64,000 bases of DNA, taken from contig JAHWKN010000001.1 in the NCBI GenBank assembly GCA_019347875.1, positions 6,801 to 70,800 on the forward strand, read 5' to 3'. Origin of the DNA: Candidatus Parcubacteria bacterium (GTDB taxonomy: Bacteria > Patescibacteriota > Saccharimonadia > UBA4664 > JAHWKN01). Below, piece after piece: positions 38,747 through 45,281 of this stretch. How positions within the stretch are numbered: position 1 is the first letter of the stretch; each line of letters opens with the position of its first letter. A program made the translations under genes and the position numbers. The notes beneath the pieces were generated by a model. The model did no database searches. It was not told the origin of the DNA and was given only the letters and a program-made list of their open reading frames with translations.

Positions 38747-39322
38747 GTGAAAGTAATAGCACGTATATCTGAAGACGAAATGGTGGCCGAGTTTTTAAAA
38801 GGCGAGGTCATGTCTGAAAGATTTTCTAAGGATTTAGCGGAAACTTGTAAAGAACTGGGCGTAGAAAACAAGATCATAATCAACCCCAACACTAATGACA
38901 AGGTTGAGAATGATCTTCGTCGCAGAGTTCTGTCAAAATATCGGGGCTGGAAGGAAGATCGAGAGTTATTCGAGGATTTTCCTAGTGATCTACTATGGCA
39001 TAAAGCAGAACTTACCGTTGATGATTTACTGAATTCAAAATACGTCGATTATAGCTATTGGAATGAACTAAGCAATAACGCCCGTCTAGTCAGAGAGGGG
39101 GCGGCCAGTGTTAAGGCTGGAAAAGTGGTGTTCGATGTCAGTAACGATCGTTTTTGGAGGGTGGCGGAAGCTATTGAGAGCGGCACTGAAATGCCGCCAC
39201 TAATTTTGGTACAAAAAGGTGGACAGTTAGAAATCCTTGAGGGCCATTTGCGTGCGACAGCCTACTGCTTAGCAAATAAGTTACCGTCGGTTATTCAAGG
39301 CATTGTAGGGAAGACTAACTAG
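38747..39322 (+). CDS. Hypothetical protein with a ParB/Srx-like motif
   Basis: GTG start 6 nt after TGtTATGAT; PPLILV...ILEGHLRATAY. Confidence 0.65.
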   Translation: MKVIARISEDEMVAEFLKGEVMSERFSKDLAETCKELGVENKIIINPNTNDKVENDLRRRVLSKYRGWKEDRELFEDFPSDLLWHKAELTVDDLLNSKYVDYSYWNELSNNARLVREGAASVKAGKVVFDVSNDRFWRVAEAIESGTEMPPLILVQKGGQLEILEGHLRATAYCLANKLPSVIQGIVGKTN

Positions 39323-39433
39323 CTCTGGCTGCAAATATAGTTTGAAAATCGTCCCAGAGGGGGAGCCATAGTACTTATGCTTAGCGCTAATGGCCGTTTT
39401 GTTATGATGTATACATTCACAAGGAGGATTGTT

Positions 39434-39670
39434 ATGCCTGAAAAGCCGTCGCCCGAGAACAAGGATGAGCTACCAGAAAAAACAGAAGGGCTCGATGAGT
39501 ATACTCAATACGGGCATGACCTTGAAGATGCGATGCACGAGGCTAGCGATGATGTGCCCGAGGATAAAAGCCGGCCGACGGACGACCAAATAGAGCGTCC
39601 AACTCAGGAAGAAAAACTACAATACGGGCACGACCTAGATGATGCCTTGCATGAAGGTGGCGAAAATTAG
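39434..39670 (+). CDS. Small acidic protein with a duplicated QYGHDLxDAxHE motif
   Basis: AAGGAGG SD; two internal repeats. Confidence 0.65.
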   Translation: MPEKPSPENKDELPEKTEGLDEYTQYGHDLEDAMHEASDDVPEDKSRPTDDQIERPTQEEKLQYGHDLDDALHEGGEN

Positions 39671-39837
39671 TTTTCTGCTTCTCGTTAAGCAGCCGCTCGG
39701 TCGTTCCTTAGCAAAATGATCTTAACGAGCACCGCAGGGAGGTCGCGCAGTAACAATCCGACGTCCGGAGCCATGGCCGGAAGCTCAGGCTTTGCTTAGG
39801 GCAACGGCCATGTTCATGGGCGCACTTTAACCCCAAG

Positions 39838-40782
39838 CTACAACTGGCTCTCAAGACCCTTGCTGACTTGTTCTATCAACTGATTTAGGCGCGACTTGAG
39901 CTGGTTGTTCTCGGCCTCCAGCTCGCGAATGCGGTACTCCCTGCCCACAAAATTAACATTTAATTGCCGTAGCTCCTTGGCTCGTTTTTCGAGTTCAGAT
40001 GTTCTAGTCAAAACCTTCTTTTCTAGCTGGCTGTTAGCTTCCAGAAGCTGCTCTTTGCTTTTTTTAAGCTCCAGCTCGTTCCTCTCGAACTCAAAAATAT
40101 TTGTTAACATTCTTGATACTTCTTTTTCCGCGGCTCCATTTTCATTTGAAGGAGTGTATTCCTCCGGCGGTTTGTAGTAGAAGTTTTTGCATACCAACCC
40201 GCCAATTATGACAACCGGGTGAGTATAAATTACCTCCCGTAAAATCTCCGGCGAAAACCGCTCTGCGCTGTATTGGCAAAGACCCACAGCTTTATACTTA
40301 GGAAAAAGTTCCCGATTCATCTTTGATTCATATTCCAATAATCGTTCTGAGCCAGGACTTCCTCCCAGCTGCCAACTCATTTCGGCCGCGCCTCGAACCG
40401 CTCTGTACCCATTTGCCTCTGCTTGCTTGGAAGCATCGGCGAAAAAGCCGATAGACTTATCTGGATCAAAAACCCCGTCTATTAAATATGAATTTTGTTT
40501 TGTAGCGGTGATAAGCTGGCTGTTACCTTGAACGGACTTCGTCTTAATGCCTACTTGCTTGAGGGCTTCATTTACGTCTTCAGTGGAGTTGTCGTCTGCT
40601 ACATAAACGCACTGGTCGTTTTGTTCTAAGCCAGCTTTTATGAATGCAGAGGCCGTAACTAAGGCCTCCTGCTTGTCCCGATAAATCAAGCAGATGTGGT
40701 CGTGCAGGCGGGTATTAGCCACGGTCTGTATTGACCTGTCGTTTGGACGAGGAATGTTTTTGAATGCCACAAGCATAGACAC
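39838..40782 (-). CDS. MEDS sensory domain protein with a C-terminal coiled coil
   Basis: DHICLIY, FIKAGLEQNDQCVY, RGAAEMSW, LLEYES, LCQY, THPVV. Confidence 0.85.
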   Translation of the reverse strand: MSMLVAFKNIPRPNDRSIQTVANTRLHDHICLIYRDKQEALVTASAFIKAGLEQNDQCVYVADDNSTEDVNEALKQVGIKTKSVQGNSQLITATKQNSYLIDGVFDPDKSIGFFADASKQAEANGYRAVRGAAEMSWQLGGSPGSERLLEYESKMNRELFPKYKAVGLCQYSAERFSPEILREVIYTHPVVIIGGLVCKNFYYKPPEEYTPSNENGAAEKEVSRMLTNIFEFERNELELKKSKEQLLEANSQLEKKVLTRTSELEKRAKELRQLNVNFVGREYRIRELEAENNQLKSRLNQLIEQVSKGLESQL

Positions 40783-41085
40783 ATTCTATATCTTTTGACT
40801 ACGATTACCATGGGACATTTCCTAATAGGCAGTAATTGGGCGTTTGGTCATCCTAAATGAAACCATAAGCCCGATATGATTGAAGTCTTAGGTAGCAGAC
40901 AGCTAATAGCCGTCTTAGAGGCTGAGCAATAGCTCGGCCTCTTTAATTTCATGGGTAGAAGCTCGTAACTTGTCTGCTAAGGGGAGTCACAGGACGTCGC
41001 TCGACTTGATGCCGACCTATGCCCAAAACGGCGATAAACGTCGGTGCTTGTCTTTGGAACGAAAAAGCATGATATTCTGGTATTC

Positions 41086-41922
41086 GTGAGTAAAGAGTTT
41101 CAACATGCGTCTTTAAAGTTGGTCCAAAAAAGCCCAATTATATTTACATCGTTCTCTAAGCAAAACTTTTATTTGCGATCCGACATATCAACTTTTGTGC
41201 TACTGCAAGGTGCCACGCCAATAAGCCCATTTATGAACTTTGACTATAATCTGGCGGGCTTAGTACCGAAGGACCTTATTCGCATAGCTAACAACACATT
41301 GATTACCCATTGCGATGAGCTTTGGGTGTTTGGTGGTGTCAGCGATGGGGTGCTGGTCGAGGTATACTTTGCCAAAAAGTACCACAAGAAGGTCCGCTAT
41401 TTTATTCCAACAAAGAAGAGTCATTCATTCGAAGAAGTTCAGCAGCGCTTCGTAGCCCTCGAAGACGTGTCGCCCTGGATGTGGGAGTGGGTGGCGGAGG
41501 GCAAAAAATTAGAGCGATGGCACCCGAGACTTCGCTTTAATAAAACTTACTCGCTCGTTTATCCGGCTTACTCAAAGCGTAACTTTTACTGGCAGGTGCA
41601 CATTAGCCAGTTCTGTCTTAATCATAAGAAGATCCCGCTCAACCCATTTATGCTCTTTCGCTACTTTTTAGGCGATGCCGTGCCGCGCGACAGGGTGTAC
41701 ATCGCGAACAACAACATAGTCAGGCGCTGTGATGAGGTTTGGACATTTGGCGAGATTAGCGACGGCGTACTGGGAGAAGTAAAAATGAAAAAAGCCCTAG
41801 GGCACCCGGTTAAGTACTATAAAATTGCCCAAACAAATCCGGTAGTTTTTCGCAGAATCGGCGCCAAATCAGTTGCATTCGAAGATGTCGAATTAGAACA
41901 GTACCGCGACATTCTTGCTTAG
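41086..41922 (+). CDS. Tandem nucleoside-2-deoxyribosyltransferase-like (DUF4406-like) domain protein
   Basis: Two copies of SKxNFY...PxxPFM...ANNxxxxxCDExWxFGxxSDGVLxEV; probable GTG start at 41086. Confidence 0.65.
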   Translation: MSKEFQHASLKLVQKSPIIFTSFSKQNFYLRSDISTFVLLQGATPISPFMNFDYNLAGLVPKDLIRIANNTLITHCDELWVFGGVSDGVLVEVYFAKKYHKKVRYFIPTKKSHSFEEVQQRFVALEDVSPWMWEWVAEGKKLERWHPRLRFNKTYSLVYPAYSKRNFYWQVHISQFCLNHKKIPLNPFMLFRYFLGDAVPRDRVYIANNNIVRRCDEVWTFGEISDGVLGEVKMKKALGHPVKYYKIAQTNPVVFRRIGAKSVAFEDVELEQYRDILA

Positions 41923-42026
41923 GGTTAGGAAGAGGGATTTTGGTGGCATAATTAGTATCAGAGAGCAACAAAGGGTGTCGCTTCGGGGCTCGATGCTACG
42001 CCCGTCAAAGACGCATAAGGAGAGAG

Positions 42027-43175
42027 ATGCCAAAGAAAGATTATTCGCGGATTGCGCTTGAGGAGCACAAAAAGCTGCGCGGCAAAATTTCGGTGTCGCC
42101 GAAAGACGCCTTTGATGACAAAGAAAAGCTGGCTATTTACTACACACCCGGCGTCGCTGCTGTTAGTAGTTATATAGCAGAGCACCCCGACGAAGCACCA
42201 GAATACACCTGGATAAACAATGCGGTAGCGGTAGTGAGCGACGGATCGTCGGTTCTGGGGCTGGGCAACCTTGGACCGCATGGCGCGTTGCCGGTGATGG
42301 AGGGAAAGTGCATGCTCTTTAAGCATTTTGCCGGCATAGATGCCGTACCCATTGTACTGAACGTCCACAGCGCCGATGAGATCGTAGCGGCGGTTAAGGC
42401 GATCGCGCCGTCCTTCGGCGGTATCAACCTTGAAGACATTGTGGCTCCGATTTGTTTTGAAGTAGAGGAAAGGCTAAAGCAGGAGCTTTCGATCCCTGTC
42501 TTTCATGACGACCAGCACGGAACGGCTATCGTCACGCTGGCCGGACTAATTAACGCTACCGCGCTCACCGGCAAGAGCCTAAGGGAAAGCCGTATTGTCA
42601 TGAGCGGAGTAGGCGCCGCCGGTATCGCCATTTTGAAGTTGATCAAACGGTTCGCTCCTGCTGCCGCTATTGTGGCGGTCGACAGCCACGGCCTCATACG
42701 ACAGGGGCGTTCCGGCCTGAATACGACCAAGCAAGAACTGCTGGATGAGGGCGCTATAAACGGGGAGTTAGCCGGTAATTTGGCCGACGCTCTGGTTGGC
42801 AGCGACATCTTCATCGGCGTATCGCAGCCGGGAGTACTGACGGCTGACATGATCAAATCTATGAACAACGACCCCATCATCTTTGCGATGGCCAATCCGG
42901 TACCGGAGATCATGCCGGATGTAGCCAGAGCAGCGGGTGCGGCCGTGGTCGCTACCGGCCGCAGCGATTTCCCTAACCAGATTAACAACGCCTTGGCCTT
43001 TCCCGGAATCTTTCGCGGCGCGCTCGACAACCGCGTCCGGCACATTACCGATGAACATAAGATTGCAGCGGCACAGGCCATTGCTTCGCTAGTTACCAGC
43101 CCTACTCCAAATGAGGTGATTCCGTCTATCATGGACGAGCGGCTGGTGAAAGCTGTCGCGGGGGTTATTCGGTAG
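42027..43175 (+). CDS. NAD(P)-dependent malic enzyme
   Basis: YYTPGVA, DGSSVLGLGN, VMEGK, INLEDI, FHDDQHGTA, MANPVPEI, TGRSDFPNQINN. Confidence 0.96.
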   Translation: MPKKDYSRIALEEHKKLRGKISVSPKDAFDDKEKLAIYYTPGVAAVSSYIAEHPDEAPEYTWINNAVAVVSDGSSVLGLGNLGPHGALPVMEGKCMLFKHFAGIDAVPIVLNVHSADEIVAAVKAIAPSFGGINLEDIVAPICFEVEERLKQELSIPVFHDDQHGTAIVTLAGLINATALTGKSLRESRIVMSGVGAAGIAILKLIKRFAPAAAIVAVDSHGLIRQGRSGLNTTKQELLDEGAINGELAGNLADALVGSDIFIGVSQPGVLTADMIKSMNNDPIIFAMANPVPEIMPDVARAAGAAVVATGRSDFPNQINNALAFPGIFRGALDNRVRHITDEHKIAAAQAIASLVTSPTPNEVIPSIMDERLVKAVAGVIR

Positions 43176-43444
43176 TAGAGGCGCCGCCCTCTTTCTTTTT
43201 ATTTGCCATTAGAATATCATTTGCAGCTTCGAGGAACGGCGCAGAAGAAAGGAATATTGAGTACAAGCTTGCTGCTGAAAAATGGCTTAGTAGCCGCTCT
43301 TCCGTTATCTTGATGACCGTGCTACTATTTTGCCAGCCCGAACGGGCTTCCACAGCTTATGGCCTTGCGGCCTATGCGACTGGAGTACATTCACAACTAG
43401 CAAAGCTCATGGCGCTTGCGCCTAAGCGATTGGAGTGGTGACGA

Positions 43445-43972
43445 ATGCCTATGACGATCGAGTGGGTTCTGGAGCAGAAGTACGCTAAGGTGCTTCGCCT
43501 GGACCTTGTACGGCGCACTTACTCACGCAGTTCGGCCAATGAAGGCGTGGATGCGGCTCTGTTTTTCTACAATGGGGACGAGGAAGGCTCCTTCCTGGGA
43601 TACCTGAGGTATCAGGCATCCGAAAGTGGCGGGGGGCATATCGAGTTTGAGTACTCTGGCATACAGAGCGAGTGGTCCACCATGGTGGGCGACATCATCG
43701 CTCATTGGCCCGCGGAATGGAGGGTTACCAGTATCAATCTTTGCCGGCTGGGGATTTGGGACCGAGAGCGCGACCGCATGTGCTGGGAAACGCTCACTCC
43801 GGGCCATCTGCTGGTTACGCAGCATCTTGCCCGAATGTGGGGCGCCGTGGAGCAGTTCAGTGTTTCAAAGAACCCCGACGCTCGCTTCGTGCTGGGATCG
43901 GCTACCGGCGGTCTGCGCACGCAGGTCGCGCGGTGCAACGATGCGATTCGCTCTCTTACCAGGCAGCTATAG
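43445..43972 (+). CDS. Hypothetical protein
   Basis: 175-aa ORF with GGAG SD; no recognisable motif. Confidence 0.5.
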   Translation: MPMTIEWVLEQKYAKVLRLDLVRRTYSRSSANEGVDAALFFYNGDEEGSFLGYLRYQASESGGGHIEFEYSGIQSEWSTMVGDIIAHWPAEWRVTSINLCRLGIWDRERDRMCWETLTPGHLLVTQHLARMWGAVEQFSVSKNPDARFVLGSATGGLRTQVARCNDAIRSLTRQL

Positions 43973-44100
43973 ATAGGAGCATCTATAGAAAAGTCTTAGT
44001 ATAGCGACGCCATAGCCTACGGCAATGCCCGGGCCACTGGCAACAACACCCGAACCGACCACAGCCAATGATCAAGATCTAGGCGACTGGAGGAAGTACC

Positions 44101-45027
44101 TTGCTAGATCAACCCAAAGAACGCGATTTGCTGCAACTACTAGACGCCCGTTGGGGCGAACGAAAGTACGTTTGCGTCGGGCTCGATCCGGTATACGAGC
44201 GCATCCCGCTGTCGGTGCCGGGCAGGCATGAAGGCAGCGATGTAGATCGGCTCGAAAAGGCCGTGGCTTTTTACAACTTCTGCGTGATGCAGGTAAACGC
44301 CACGGCGGACATCGCTGCGGCCTACAAGCCAAACACCGCTTTTTTCGAGGCGGCGGGCGGCTGGGGCTACGAACTGCTAGGCCTGCTGATCCGCCACATC
44401 CGGCGGGAGGCGCCCGGCGTACCCATCATCGTGGACGCCAAGCGAGCCGATATCGGTAAGACCAACGTCGGCACGGCAGAGCTGATCTTCGACATCTACG
44501 AGGCGGACGCGCTGACGGTCAACCCGTACTTTGGCGAGGAGGCGCTGCGACCGTTTCTGAGTCGTCCGCACAAGGGCGTGGTTGTGCTCTGCCGGACCTC
44601 CAATCCGGGAGCGGGTGAGTTTCAGAACATGCTCGTGCGCCCTTCGTTTGAGCAGTTATCGGCGCTCGGCTTGCTCGACAGCGAGTGGGAAAGCATCCCC
44701 CTGTATCAATGGGTGGCCATGCAGGTGCGTCAGTGGCAGACCGAGGGCAGCTGTGCCGTCGTGGTGGGAGCCACCGCTCCTGAGGAGCTGTATGAGACTC
44801 GCCTGATACTGCCCTGGGCGACCATTCTCATCCCAGGCGTGGGCGCGCAGCAGGGCGACCTGGGGAAGTCGGTTCTGAACGGCATGAGTGCCGCCCAAAA
44901 GGCGTTCTTGATCAACGCCGGCAGCAAGGAGCTGTACGCTTCGGCTGGGGCAGATTTCGCCCAAGTAACGCGAGCAGGAGTCAAGACTTTGAACACCAGT
45001 ATCGGCGAGATTCTCGACGCTGCTTAA
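44101..45027 (+). CDS. pyrF: Orotidine-5'-phosphate decarboxylase (subfamily 2)
   Basis: CVGLDP, YKPNTAFFE, DAKRADIGKT, TVNPYFG, LCRTSNPG, VVGAT, LIPGVGAQ. Confidence 0.92.
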   Translation: MLDQPKERDLLQLLDARWGERKYVCVGLDPVYERIPLSVPGRHEGSDVDRLEKAVAFYNFCVMQVNATADIAAAYKPNTAFFEAAGGWGYELLGLLIRHIRREAPGVPIIVDAKRADIGKTNVGTAELIFDIYEADALTVNPYFGEEALRPFLSRPHKGVVVLCRTSNPGAGEFQNMLVRPSFEQLSALGLLDSEWESIPLYQWVAMQVRQWQTEGSCAVVVGATAPEELYETRLILPWATILIPGVGAQQGDLGKSVLNGMSAAQKAFLINAGSKELYASAGADFAQVTRAGVKTLNTSIGEILDAA

Positions 45028-45031
45028 TACC

Positions 45032-45057
45032 GCGGGGGGCGCTCAGGCGCCCCCCGC
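45032..45057 (+). terminator. GC-rich hairpin after pyrF
   Basis: GCGGGGGGCGC-TCAG-GCGCCCCCCGC. Confidence 0.6.
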
Positions 45058-45281
45058 CCAACCCAAGTTTTCAACTCGATTGAAGCCTTAGGTTGGGCAC
45101 TGAAGGGGAAGCGGTGCGCATTTAGCAAAGCACCTTTGAGCGCTTGCAACCTCTCCATCATCGCCCTTCATGCGAAGCGTCCCGCCCGCATGGAGGGCGC
45201 TTTGCATTTGAGCCTACGAGCGGGCCTTGGGGACGAGAACATCATCAGTAAAACCGGCGTTCTGTAGTCCGGCTGTTAAAG

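Larger units (their letters stand above)
36085..40989. mobile_element. Array of 8 small cassettes, each ending in a tRNA-3'-end/att-like site
   Basis: Sites end at 36666, 37469, 37596, 38302, 38696, 39368, 39773 and 40989 (GGAGCCA-like); visibly lower GC than the flanks; unrelated single cargo genes. Confidence 0.78.

Noticed and set aside
36085-40989. Reading the recurring sites as a CRISPR array or classical integron attC sites
   Set aside because: The spacing is 0.13-1.2 kb and irregular, the repeats are degenerate tRNA-end copies, and there are no cas or intI genes or RYYYAAC...GTTRRRY attC structure.
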